Source of the DNA: an uncultured bacterium | GTDB lineage: Bacteria > Patescibacteriota > Minisyncoccia > Moranbacterales > UBA2206 | DNA length: 46,044 bases | Reading direction: 5' to 3' | Assembly (NCBI GenBank): GCA_903842445.1 | Contig: CAIMLT010000029.1 | Span: 1 to 46,044, forward strand | In this document: piece by piece, positions 26,651 through 35,477 of the stretch | How positions within the stretch are numbered: position 1 is the stretch's first letter | How the letters are laid out: every line of letters begins with the position of its first letter | Made by a program: the position numbers and the translations under genes | The notes under the pieces: generated by a model | The model's input: the letters and a program-made list of their open reading frames with translations, nothing else | Databases searched by the model: none | Told to the model about the DNA's origin: nothing

Positions 26651-27361
26651 ATGCGTCCGGAAATTATAAATAAAATTCTTCGTGAAACTGAAATTGGTTA
26701 TGACCAGATGGCGGAAAAGTTCTCCAGCACTCGAAAAAATTTTTGGGGCGAATTGGCTTTTATTGCTGATTATATTAAGGATGGGGATAAGATTTTGGAT
26801 TATGGTTGTGGCAATGGTCGGCTTTTGGAAATTCTCAAGAATAAAAAAATTGAGTATGTCGGAATGGATGTCTCTCAAAAGTTGATTGATCTGGCAAAGG
26901 CGAAATATCCTGAGCGCGTTGAGTCTTTTTCTAAAATCACCAGTCAAGCCAGTCTAGCATTTCCGGATAATTTTTTCAATAGAATTATCGCTGTGGCAGT
27001 TTTTCATCATTTTCCGGAAAAATACGCCAAAGAGATGGGAAAAGAATTATTTCGTATTACAAGGCCGGGTGGCACAATAGTTGTTACCGCCTGGAATCTT
27101 TGGCAAAATAAAAGACGCAAAAATATTTTTAATTTTTCAGCTATTTTTGGAAAAATTTTTCAAGTTGGAATATATCGCGGATATTGTCTTTTAGATATTT
27201 TGGTGCCGTTTCGTGATAATCATGGTGGTGTTTTCAAGCGCTATCATCGGGTGTATAATAAAAAAAGCTTAACTGATATTTTCTTGTTTGCCGGTTTTGA
27301 TGTCGAAAAATGCTTTTTGGAAAATGGAAAGAATATTGTTTTAGTTGCAAGAAAAAAATAA
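26651..27361 (+). CDS. Class I SAM methyltransferase, Trm9/ALKBH8-like (putative tRNA cm5U34 methyltransferase)
   Basis: YDQMAEKFSSTRKNFW, LDYGCGNG, IAVAVFHH, GGTIVVTAW, DILVPF, RYHRVY, NIVLVARKK; alternative start 26621. Confidence 0.8.
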   Translation: MRPEIINKILRETEIGYDQMAEKFSSTRKNFWGELAFIADYIKDGDKILDYGCGNGRLLEILKNKKIEYVGMDVSQKLIDLAKAKYPERVESFSKITSQASLAFPDNFFNRIIAVAVFHHFPEKYAKEMGKELFRITRPGGTIVVTAWNLWQNKRRKNIFNFSAIFGKIFQVGIYRGYCLLDILVPFRDNHGGVFKRYHRVYNKKSLTDIFLFAGFDVEKCFLENGKNIVLVARKK

Positions 27362-27378
27362 TTTTTTTGGTGTGAATT

Positions 27379-27834
27379 ATGAAATTGAAAGTAGAAATAA
27401 ATAATACTGACAAGAGTCCAGTAAAAAAAAATTTTATCAAAAAAGTTGTTATGTTGACATTAAAAAAAAATGGTTGCTTAGAATTGGCTAAAAAAAATGT
27501 AACACTTAGTTTTGCTTGGGTTTCGGAAAATGAAATGCATCGAATTAATAAGCAATATCGCAAAAAAGACAAGGCGACCGATGTTTTGTCTTTTTGCGAA
27601 TTTGAAGATATTGAAAAGTTGAAAAAAACAACAGATCCCGAGCTGTTTCTCGGCGAATTAATTTTGTGTTATAATTATATTAAAGAATCTGCCAGGGAGT
27701 GTCTCTCTGAAATTGATTTGCAAAAAGAGTTGGCAAGAATCATTGCCCATGGTGTTTTACATTTGTTGGGGTATTCACATAGTCAAAAAATGTTTGCTAT
27801 TCAAGACGCTGTGAAAAAAGAGATTGTTATTTGA
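27379..27834 (+). CDS. ybeY: rRNA maturation endoribonuclease YbeY
   Basis: NKQYRKKDKATDVLSF, LGELIL, HGVLHLLGYSH. Confidence 0.93.
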   Translation: MKLKVEINNTDKSPVKKNFIKKVVMLTLKKNGCLELAKKNVTLSFAWVSENEMHRINKQYRKKDKATDVLSFCEFEDIEKLKKTTDPELFLGELILCYNYIKESARECLSEIDLQKELARIIAHGVLHLLGYSHSQKMFAIQDAVKKEIVI

Positions 27835-27867
27835 ATTTTTTGAAGATAAATTTATAAAATTGTTAAA

Positions 27868-28239
27868 ATGAATAGAATCAAACAATTTGCAAAAAGCATT
27901 TCTTGTGCAATGCGTGGGCTGGTGCATGTTGTTCGAAATGAAAAAAATTTTCAAAATGAGTTGATAATCGCTTTTGTTGTTGTTTTAGCGATGGTTTATT
28001 TCGAAGTTACGCGCACAGAAGCAGTTGCGCTGGTTATAGTAATCGCAGGGGTTTTAATCATGGAACTTCTAAACACTGTCGTAGAAAGAGTAGTTGACAT
28101 TTTGAAGCCAAGAATTCATCCGTATGCGAGATTAATCAAGGATTTAATGGCGGCAGTTGTTCTCATATCCTCGATTTTTGCGCTGGTAATCGGATTTATT
28201 ATTTTTTTGCCGTATGTTTTTGCGCTTTGGAATTTTTGA
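27868..28239 (+). CDS. dgkA: Diacylglycerol/undecaprenol kinase (DgkA family)
   Basis: EKNF, ELLNTVVERVVD, IKDLMAAVV; 3 TM; usual ybeY neighbour. Confidence 0.88.
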   Translation: MNRIKQFAKSISCAMRGLVHVVRNEKNFQNELIIAFVVVLAMVYFEVTRTEAVALVIVIAGVLIMELLNTVVERVVDILKPRIHPYARLIKDLMAAVVLISSIFALVIGFIIFLPYVFALWNF

Positions 28240-28241
28240 TG

Positions 28242-28270
28242 TTGTCGATTATGGCTAAGTGTAATATAAT
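28242..28270 (+). promoter_or_regulatory. Sigma70-type promoter for ftsA
   Basis: TTGTCG-17 nt-TATAAT. Confidence 0.55.
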
Positions 28271-28303
28271 TTAAGTTGTGAGTTAAAAAATAAAAATGAA
28301 AGC

Positions 28304-29569
28304 ATGTCGAAAAAAGAAATCATTGTTGGTCTAGATATCGGATCTTCTTATGTTAGAACAGTTATTGCTCAGATTGTTCCTTCTGAGGAAAATTTGCGTG
28401 TGATTGGCGTGGGGATGGCACCGGCTTTTGGTGTGAGACGGGGGATTATAGTTGATCTTGAAGAGATCATAAAATCAATTAGTGAATCTATGAATTTAGC
28501 TGAAAGAACAGCTGGTGTAGAAGCTAAATATGCCATAACTGGAATTGGTGGAAACCATATTTCTTCTCAATATTCAAAAGGAGTTATCGCTGTTGGCCGG
28601 GCAGATGGTGAGGTTGTGCCTGATGATATCTCTCGGGTGATTAATGCCGCCCAAGCTATTTCAATTCCTCCTAATAAGGAGATAATTCATATTATTCCAA
28701 AAAGCTACTCATTGGACGATCAAAAGAATATCCGTGATCCACTGGGGATGAGTGGAGTAAGATTGGAAGTGGATGCCATGATTATTGAGGGTTCAACCCC
28801 GCATATTAAAAATCTGAATAAATGTATCGAGGAAGCTGGATTGATCGCTGAAAGTTTCGTTCTTTCTCCTCTGGCAGCTGCTAAGGCTGTGCTTTCGAAA
28901 AGACAAAAAGAGCTCGGCGTGGTGCTTGTTGATATTGGAGGTGGCTCAACTTCAGTGGCAGTTTTTGAGGAGAATGATTTGCTCCGCGTTTCTGTTATTC
29001 CAGTTGGCGGAAACCACATTACTAACGATATTGCGATTGGTCTTCGCACATCAATTGATGTAGCCGAAAAGATAAAATTAGAGTTCGGAAATGCTAGTCC
29101 TAAAGAAATTGGCAAAAAGGAGAATATCGACTTATCCCAGCTCGATTCAAATGAAGAAGGCATAGTTTCTCGTCATCATGTAGCCGAAATAATTGAGGCG
29201 CGAATGGAAGAAATTTTTATAATGGTAAACAAAGAGTTGCAGCTTATTGGAAAAGAGCGCTTGCTTCCGGCTGGAGCAGTTATTACGGGTGGAACTGCAA
29301 AATTGCCGGGCTGTGTTGATTTGGCGAAAAATATCCTTGCTCTTCCGTCACAAACTGGTTTTCCGGTGCCATTGGGTGGTTTAGTTGATAAAATTGATGA
29401 TCCGGCCTTTGCAACAGTAATTGGGTTGATTTTGTGGGGTCAAGATGAGCAACAGGGGCAAAAAAAAGGTGGAAATGGGCTTGGAAATAAGATGATTAGT
29501 GGGGTTGTTTCGGAAATAGGAGGAAAAATGGAAGGTGTAAAAAAATGGCTTGGAAAATTCTTGCCTTAA
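28304..29569 (+). CDS. ftsA: Cell division protein FtsA
   Basis: VGLDIGS, PLGMSGVRLE, VDIGGGST, GGNHITNDIA, TGGTAKL, C-terminal amphipathic KKWLGKF. Confidence 0.96.
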   Translation: MSKKEIIVGLDIGSSYVRTVIAQIVPSEENLRVIGVGMAPAFGVRRGIIVDLEEIIKSISESMNLAERTAGVEAKYAITGIGGNHISSQYSKGVIAVGRADGEVVPDDISRVINAAQAISIPPNKEIIHIIPKSYSLDDQKNIRDPLGMSGVRLEVDAMIIEGSTPHIKNLNKCIEEAGLIAESFVLSPLAAAKAVLSKRQKELGVVLVDIGGGSTSVAVFEENDLLRVSVIPVGGNHITNDIAIGLRTSIDVAEKIKLEFGNASPKEIGKKENIDLSQLDSNEEGIVSRHHVAEIIEARMEEIFIMVNKELQLIGKERLLPAGAVITGGTAKLPGCVDLAKNILALPSQTGFPVPLGGLVDKIDDPAFATVIGLILWGQDEQQGQKKGGNGLGNKMISGVVSEIGGKMEGVKKWLGKFLP

Positions 29570-29612
29570 AAATATAGCCCAGATTTGTTGTTAGGCATCT
29601 TTAATTCTCTGT

Positions 29613-29642
29613 TTGACATCTATTAAGCTATTATGCTAGATT
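29613..29642 (+). promoter_or_regulatory. Possible ftsZ promoter
   Basis: TTGACA-18 nt-TAGATT with extended TG. Confidence 0.45.
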
Positions 29643-29784
29643 TAATTAATGAAAAAGAGGCAAAGTGCCGATGCCAATTGGCAGTAAATAAAACCAAAAC
29701 AAAAAATAAAATTTTCAAAAATAGATTTTAAAAAATCTGTGGTTTTGTTTATTTAAATTTTTTCTATTAAACCCTAAAAAATAT

Positions 29785-31014
29785 ATGGCAGAAATAAAAC
29801 CACCAGTAGAAACTTTTGCGCGCATCAAAGTGATTGGTGTGGGTGGATCAGGAGGACATGGAATTAGTCGCATGATTGAAACCAAGATAAAAGGCGTTGA
29901 GTTCGTGGCGATTAATACAGATGCGCAGGATTTGCATCATAACAAAGCGCCTGAAAAAGTGCATATCGGAAAGAATTTGACTAAAGGATTGGGTGCAGGA
30001 ATGAATCCGGATATTGGTCGTCAAGCGGCAGAAGAAAATCGTGATGAAATTCAAGAAGTCTTGAAGGGTGCAGATATGGTTTTTGTTACTTGCGGACTTG
30101 GCGGAGGAACTGGAACCGGAGCTGCTCCAATTGTGGCTGAGGCTGCAAAAGAACTTGGAGCTTTGACTGTAGCTGTTGTGACGAAGCCATTTAGTTTTGA
30201 AGGTGCGCAAAGAAGATCTATTGCCGAGGAAGGCCTAGCGAATTTACGAGAGCGTGTGGATACACTTATAACTATTCCTAACGACAAGCTTTTGCAAATT
30301 ATTGATAAGAAAACAACGCTTATAAATTCTTTTAAGATTGTGGATGATGTGCTTCGTCAAGGCGTACAAGGAATTTCTGATCTAATTACCAAGCCAGGCA
30401 TTGTCAATGTTGACTTTGCTGATGTGCGTGCAATTATGAGCAATAGTGGATCAGCGCTGATGGGAATTGGAATCGGTACGGGTGAAAATCGAGCAGCTGA
30501 AGCAGCCAAAGCAGCAATCAACAGTCCGCTTCTAGAACTTTCAATTGATGGAGCCAAAGGGGTTCTTTTCAATGTTTCCGGTTCTTCAGATCTTACAATG
30601 CTAGAGATTAACGAAGCGGCCAACATCATCACTGAGGCGATTGATCCAAATGCTAAAGTTATTTTTGGTGCCGTGGTTGATGAGACGCTTAAGAAAGGAG
30701 AAGTGCAAATTACGGTTGTGGCGACCGGATTTGACGAGGAAAAAGTTAGTGAATCGCGTATGTCTCCAATGGAAAGACTTACAAGAGCTAAGATGGCTGA
30801 AGATGTAATCTCTGATGTGGATAATTCTCCAGAAGATGATTTGAAAAATACTTTTTCCGTAAGAGAAGAACCAAGAATGATTATCGAAGAAAAAGTACCA
30901 CCGAAAATACAAAGAACAACAGCTTTTATGCAGAAGGATAAGGCACTAACCGATGAAGATGATGACGATGAATTGGAAATCCCGGCTTTTATTCGAAGAA
31001 AGATGGGAAAATAG
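29785..31014 (+). CDS. ftsZ: Cell division protein FtsZ
   Basis: [32 protein letters not shown]-terminal LEIPAFIRR. Confidence 0.98.
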   Translation: MAEIKPPVETFARIKVIGVGGSGGHGISRMIETKIKGVEFVAINTDAQDLHHNKAPEKVHIGKNLTKGLGAGMNPDIGRQAAEENRDEIQEVLKGADMVFVTCGLGGGTGTGAAPIVAEAAKELGALTVAVVTKPFSFEGAQRRSIAEEGLANLRERVDTLITIPNDKLLQIIDKKTTLINSFKIVDDVLRQGVQGISDLITKPGIVNVDFADVRAIMSNSGSALMGIGIGTGENRAAEAAKAAINSPLLELSIDGAKGVLFNVSGSSDLTMLEINEAANIITEAIDPNAKVIFGAVVDETLKKGEVQITVVATGFDEEKVSESRMSPMERLTRAKMAEDVISDVDNSPEDDLKNTFSVREEPRMIIEEKVPPKIQRTTAFMQKDKALTDEDDDDELEIPAFIRRKMGK

Positions 31015-31040
31015 GCAGGGTAAATTATTATGTTGTTTTT

Positions 31041-31071
31041 AAAATTCAGGCCAAGAGGCCTGAATTTTTTT
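31041..31071 (+). terminator. Intrinsic terminator after ftsZ
   Basis: AAAATTCAGGCC-AAGA-GGCCTGAATTTTTTT, perfect 12-bp stem. Confidence 0.8.
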
Positions 31072-31107
31072 GCCAAAGTGGTTATTTTGTAATATGATTT
31101 AATCACC

Positions 31108-31157
31108 TGTCATTCCCGCCCCCGTTTTCACGAGGATAAAATCCGGCGGGAATCCAG
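31108..31157 (+). repeat. Second copy of the 50-bp nested dRS3/REP-like element
   Basis: 47/50 identical to the reverse complement of 23902-23951. Confidence 0.85.
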
Positions 31158-31243
31158 TGCATAAACCAAGAGTTACAATACTAGCTTGCGCTGTTTTTGC
31201 AGTTTGGGAAATATGGGGGTTGTTGGTTTTTAGAAGATATATT

Positions 31244-31314
31244 TCGGAGATCGTCTAACGGTAGGACAACAGACTCTGACTCTGTTAATTGGGGTTCGAA
31301 TCCCTATCTCCGAA
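31244..31314 (+). tRNA. tRNA-Gln (anticodon CTG), CCA not encoded
   Basis: Acceptor TCGGAGA/TCTCCGA, anticodon arm ACAGA-CTCTGAC-TCTGT, T-loop TTCGAAT; U1-A72. Confidence 0.93.
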
Positions 31315-31332
31315 CAAATTTATTTTATTCTT

Positions 31333-32169
31333 ATGGAAATAAAAATTGCTGCGCACGCTGGATTTTGTTTCGGAGTTCGGCGCGCGGTTCAAATGGCGGA
31401 AAAAGCACTGGAAGATGGGCGCAAAGTCTATTGTCTAGGATCTTTGATCCATAATCAAAAAGTCATCGAAAAGCTAGAAAAGAAAGGTCTGGTAACAGTT
31501 ACTAATCCCTCTGAAATTCCAATGGGAAGCCTTTTCCTCATCCGCAGTCATGGAATTGATCCAAAAATTGTGGAAAATATTATCTCGCAAGGTGGGGAAA
31601 TTTTAGACGCCACTTGTCCTTTTGTCAGGCGCGCGCAACTTGTCGCAAAAAAATTTCATGATGACGGATACGAAATTGTTATTTGTGGTGATCCGAAGCA
31701 CGCTGAAGTTATCGGCATTAATGCCTGGGCTGATAATACGGCAAAAATAGTAGAGAGCGCGAGCGAGATAAAAAACTTGAAATTTAAGGGAATAATTGGT
31801 GTTCTTAGTCAGACCACGCAAAAAATTAAACTTCTAGAAGAAGTAGTAGTGGAGTTGCTTCAAAAAACAAAGAGTTTAGTAATTGAAAATACGATATGCC
31901 TCGACAGTTCGACTAAACAAGCGGAAATCGTGGCTTTGGCAAAAGAAGTTGATTTGGTGATTGTGATTGGTGGAAAAAATTCCAGCAATACCGGAAAACT
32001 AGTTCAGCTCAGTGAGGCGCAAGAAAAGCCGACTTACCACATTGAAACGGCTGAAGAATTGCAAACTGAGTGGTTTTCTGGCGTCAAAAAAGTTGGCATT
32101 GCCGCTGGCGCATCAACTGCAAAGTTTTTGATTGATGAGGTGGTGGACAAAATCAACTCTTTGTGCTAA
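31333..32169 (+). CDS. ispH: 4-hydroxy-3-methylbut-2-enyl diphosphate reductase
   Basis: GFCFGV, LIHN, RSHG, DATCPFV, HAEV, SQTT, NTIC, SSNT, AGAST; three cluster Cys present. Confidence 0.93.
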   Translation: MEIKIAAHAGFCFGVRRAVQMAEKALEDGRKVYCLGSLIHNQKVIEKLEKKGLVTVTNPSEIPMGSLFLIRSHGIDPKIVENIISQGGEILDATCPFVRRAQLVAKKFHDDGYEIVICGDPKHAEVIGINAWADNTAKIVESASEIKNLKFKGIIGVLSQTTQKIKLLEEVVVELLQKTKSLVIENTICLDSSTKQAEIVALAKEVDLVIVIGGKNSSNTGKLVQLSEAQEKPTYHIETAEELQTEWFSGVKKVGIAAGASTAKFLIDEVVDKINSLC

Positions 32170-32201
32170 GCTAAGTCTTCAAGTATTTTTAACCGAATTA
32201 A

Positions 32202-32933
32202 ATGAAAAAAGAAATAGTTTATCCGATAAGGATTAATAAGTATCTGGCTTACAATAATTTTTGCACTCGTCGCGCGGCAGATGAAATTATCAAATCCGGC
32301 CGAGTGAAAATAAATGGGCAGATTGCTGTGCTTGGTGTCAGGGTTAACGAATCTGACGAAGTAACGATTGACAAGGATATTCGGCGAAATAAAAAATTAG
32401 TTTATTTGGCTTATAATAAACCGCAAGGCATCGTAACCCATAGTCCGCAAAAAGGTGAGAAGAGTATTGAAGATATTTTCAATTATTCGCAAAAAGTTTT
32501 TCCAGTGGGCAGGCTTGATAAGGATTCTCACGGGCTTATTATCCTAACTAATGATGGCCGAGTAACAGATCGCTTGCTCAATCCTGACCACTATCACGAA
32601 AAAGAATATTTGGTCAAAGTTGACAGAACAATTAGTCCCGGGTTTATCAAAAACATGTCCGAGGGAGTGGTTTTAGACGATGGGTATAAAACTAGGAATT
32701 GCGAGGTAAAGAAAATTAATGACTTGGCTTTTTCTATTGTTCTCACAGAAGGTAAAAAAAGGCAAATTAGAAGAATGTGTGAAAAATTAGAGCGCAGAGT
32801 AGCTGAACTTAAGCGAGTCCGAATTATGAATATCAGTCTGGGTGGTTTAAAAACGCGAGAATATCGCGAAATTGAAGGTCAGGAGCAGCAAGATTTACTG
32901 AAAAGCATTGGCATAGATCAGGCAGAAATTTAG
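32202..32933 (+). CDS. rRNA pseudouridine synthase, RsuA/RluB/E/F family (RluF-like)
   Basis: S4 domain RINKYLA...RRAAD, GRLDKDS, HEKEY, EGKKRQIRRM. Confidence 0.9.
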   Translation: MKKEIVYPIRINKYLAYNNFCTRRAADEIIKSGRVKINGQIAVLGVRVNESDEVTIDKDIRRNKKLVYLAYNKPQGIVTHSPQKGEKSIEDIFNYSQKVFPVGRLDKDSHGLIILTNDGRVTDRLLNPDHYHEKEYLVKVDRTISPGFIKNMSEGVVLDDGYKTRNCEVKKINDLAFSIVLTEGKKRQIRRMCEKLERRVAELKRVRIMNISLGGLKTREYREIEGQEQQDLLKSIGIDQAEI

Positions 32934-32973
32934 CGTTTATATTCGGTTTTTCGCTTAAGGCGGACTAATGAGT

Positions 32974-33002
32974 TTGACAGAGGTCAAAAAGTGCGGTATA
33001 TT
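32974..33002 (+). promoter_or_regulatory. Sigma70 promoter for rplU
   Basis: TTGACA-17 nt-TATATT. Confidence 0.65.
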
Positions 33003-33046
33003 AGCTAAGTTAAAGCTTCTAATTAAATAGTGAAATTATATATATT

Positions 33047-33355
33047 ATGTTGGCAATTATCAAAACTGGCGGTAAGCAGTATAAAGTCAAAGTAGGGGAT
33101 AAGGTTAAAATTGAAAAATTGGAAGATGCTATTGGAAGCACAATTGTTTTTCCGGAGGTGCTTTTCGTGGGCGATGAGAAAGAAATCAAGGTCGGAACGC
33201 CGTTTCTTGCTGATACAAAAGTAGAAGGCAAGATTCTTCGCACAGAACAAGGCGACAAAGTAACTGGAATTAAGTTCAAAGCTAAAAAAAGATACAAAGT
33301 TAAATTTGGACATCGTCAAATTTTCACGGAAGTTGAAATTACTAAAATCGCTTAG
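33047..33355 (+). CDS. rplU: 50S ribosomal protein L21
   Basis: AIIKTGGKQYKV, VGTP, GHRQ.FT. Confidence 0.97.
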   Translation: MLAIIKTGGKQYKVKVGDKVKIEKLEDAIGSTIVFPEVLFVGDEKEIKVGTPFLADTKVEGKILRTEQGDKVTGIKFKAKKRYKVKFGHRQIFTEVEITKIA

Positions 33356-33372
33356 TTTTTCTTTGAAATATT

Positions 33373-33407
33373 AAAAATCCGAGCTTTGACTGGCTCGGGT
33401 TTTTTTT
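33373..33407. terminator. Bidirectional intrinsic terminator between rplU and recR
   Basis: AAAAATCCGAGC...GCTCGGGTTTTTTTT. Confidence 0.75.
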
Positions 33408-33430
33408 GTGATAATCTTTTCCGGTTGCTT

Positions 33431-34018
33431 TTATTTACGATTGAGTATTGCCGAACTCAGGGTTAACTCGTCAGCGTGCTCAATGTCAGCGCCAGTTGAA
33501 AGTCCGCGCGCAAAGCGAGTGATTTTTACCTCCAGTGGTTTTAAGATGCGCATAAGATAGAGCGCAGTGGCATCGCCTTCGGTAGTTGGGTTAGTCGCGA
33601 GAATGACTTCAGTAATTTTTTCTTTTTCCACTCTTTTTTCCAAATCTTTAAAATGCAAATTATCCGATCCGACCATTCTTGTTGGATTAAGCACGCCACC
33701 AAGAACGTGATAAATCCCGTTGTATTTTTTAGTTTTTTCAATGGCGAAAACATCCAATGCGTCTTCTACGACGCAAATAATTTTTTGTTCGCGTAAACTA
33801 TCTTTGCAAATAGTACAAAGCTTTTCCTCGCTGATATTCCAACATTTTTCACAATGTCTGAGATTTTTTTTGAAATCTTCAAGATTTCTGGCAAAATCAG
33901 ACAGTTTTTGATTATCTTCTTTAAATAAAAATAAAACCAAACGCTCAGCCATTTTTGGACCGATTGATGGCAGAGCGGCGAAATTATCGATTAATTTTTT
34001 GAATGATTTTGGATACAT
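33431..34018 (-). CDS. recR: Recombination mediator RecR
   Basis: LPSIGPKMAERL, CxxC...CxxC, ICVVE, YHVLGG, NPTTEGDAT. Confidence 0.95.
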   Translation of the reverse strand: MYPKSFKKLIDNFAALPSIGPKMAERLVLFLFKEDNQKLSDFARNLEDFKKNLRHCEKCWNISEEKLCTICKDSLREQKIICVVEDALDVFAIEKTKKYNGIYHVLGGVLNPTRMVGSDNLHFKDLEKRVEKEKITEVILATNPTTEGDATALYLMRILKPLEVKITRFARGLSTGADIEHADELTLSSAILNRK

Positions 34019-34044
34019 TGAGTATAATTTTTTTAATTGAGAAT

Positions 34045-35409
34045 TTACTGCTCTGAGTGCACTCTCTCGAGTGATTTAAAAGTTGTGGAAGCCTCGTCAA
34101 AATAGAGAGACATTTTTCCGACTGGGCCGTTTCTATGTTTGGCAATATGCACTTCAACAATATTTTTGTTCGGTGTGTCTGGTTTCTCTCGGTCTTCACG
34201 ATAGAGAAACATTACAATGTCGGCATCTTGCTCAATCGAACCAGATTCGCGGAGATCGGAAAGCTTTGGGATTTGTGGGCTACGTGATTCTACGGCACGA
34301 GAAAGCTGGGAAAGAGCAATAACCGGAACATTAAGTTCACGAGCGAGTTGTTTTAGGGAGCGAGAAATTTCTGAAATTTCATTGACGCGGTTGTCTCCGC
34401 CGGACGAACGTCCTTCCATGAGTTGCAGATAGTCGATAATGATGAGGCCGACATTATGTTCCATCTGGAGGCGTCTGGCCATTGTTCTAATTTCCATGAT
34501 ATTAGCCGAACCGGCATCATCGATGAAAATCGGGGCTTCAGAGAGAACGCCCATTGCTTCGCCGATTCGCTGAAAATCATCATCGCCTTCACCGGTCTTG
34601 AGTCGTCCGGTGCGTAAACGCCATAAATCAACGCCGGATTCTGCCGCAAGCATTCTGTCGATCAATTGATCGGATGACATTTCTAGAGAGAAGATGCCAA
34701 TTGGAACTTTTTCTTTGACAGCAATTTTGCGGGCAAAATCCAAAGCGAGAGTGGTCTTTCCGATACTAGGTCGCGCGGCCAAAATGACGAGGTCAGATTT
34801 TTGAAAACCAGCTAGGATGTTATTGAGGTCAGTGTAGCCTGTCGGAATTCCGCGTAACTGATGGTCGCCTTTGTGTAACTCATCGATGCGATTGAAAGCG
34901 GCTTCCAAAATGGAGCGGATCGGCACGAAATCTTGTTTGATATATTTTTGCGAAACAGCGAATAATTTTTGTTCTGCCTCATCGAGCAATTTATCCACAT
35001 CTTCTTCTTCGTGATAACCGAGTTCCACAATTTCGCTAGCGGTTTCAATCAGTTTTCGTAAAGTGGATTTTTTTTGCACCACTTTGGCATAGTGCGAAAC
35101 ATTTGAGCTGGAGGGAACAGTATTGACAAGGGTGGCGAGATAGCTTGATCCGCCGATGGCATCAAGCTGACCTTTTTCTTCTAAGCGGTTAGAAAGGCTA
35201 AGCACATCAATCGGCTCTCTTTTTTCATAGAGATCGAGCATTGTTTCGTAAATTAGATTATGAATGTCTTTATAGAAGTCCCCCAGGCGAATTAGGTTTG
35301 CCACGCGGATAATGGCATCTTTGTCCAGCATCAAAGCACCGAGCACGGATTTTTCCGCGTCGATGTTTTGGGGTGGAAGCTTGAGGTCTTTGTTTTCAGT
35401 GTTGCCCAT
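34045..35409 (-). CDS. dnaB: Replicative DNA helicase DnaB
   Basis: PPQNIDAE, AARPSIGKT, FSLEM, IDYLQL, LSQLSR, DLRESGSIEQDAD, KHRNGP; no intein. Confidence 0.97.
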   Translation of the reverse strand: MGNTENKDLKLPPQNIDAEKSVLGALMLDKDAIIRVANLIRLGDFYKDIHNLIYETMLDLYEKREPIDVLSLSNRLEEKGQLDAIGGSSYLATLVNTVPSSSNVSHYAKVVQKKSTLRKLIETASEIVELGYHEEEDVDKLLDEAEQKLFAVSQKYIKQDFVPIRSILEAAFNRIDELHKGDHQLRGIPTGYTDLNNILAGFQKSDLVILAARPSIGKTTLALDFARKIAVKEKVPIGIFSLEMSSDQLIDRMLAAESGVDLWRLRTGRLKTGEGDDDFQRIGEAMGVLSEAPIFIDDAGSANIMEIRTMARRLQMEHNVGLIIIDYLQLMEGRSSGGDNRVNEISEISRSLKQLARELNVPVIALSQLSRAVESRSPQIPKLSDLRESGSIEQDADIVMFLYREDREKPDTPNKNIVEVHIAKHRNGPVGKMSLYFDEASTTFKSLERVHSEQ

Positions 35410-35418
35410 AGTTTCCCT

Positions 35419-35447
35419 ATTGTATCAAAAGAAAATCGAACAAGCAA
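35419..35447 (-). promoter_or_regulatory. Sigma70-type promoter for dnaB (very short leader)
   Basis: Minus strand TTGCTT-17 nt-TACAAT with extended TG; 9 nt to the ATG. Confidence 0.55.
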
Positions 35448-35477
35448 CTTGTAAATTTGCTCAGTTTATGCACAAGC

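Noticed and set aside
30357..31106. 249-aa minus-strand ORF
   Set aside because: Antisense shadow of ftsZ with Ser/Ile-rich composition and no family motifs; the same applies to the other short overlapping ORFs in the track
31197..31454. 85-aa plus-strand ORF
   Set aside because: Overlaps tRNA-Gln and the ispH start in another frame
32950..32964. Short hairpin TTCGCTTAAGGCGGA after the pseudouridine synthase
   Set aside because: Too short and single-copy in the window to call a repeat or terminator
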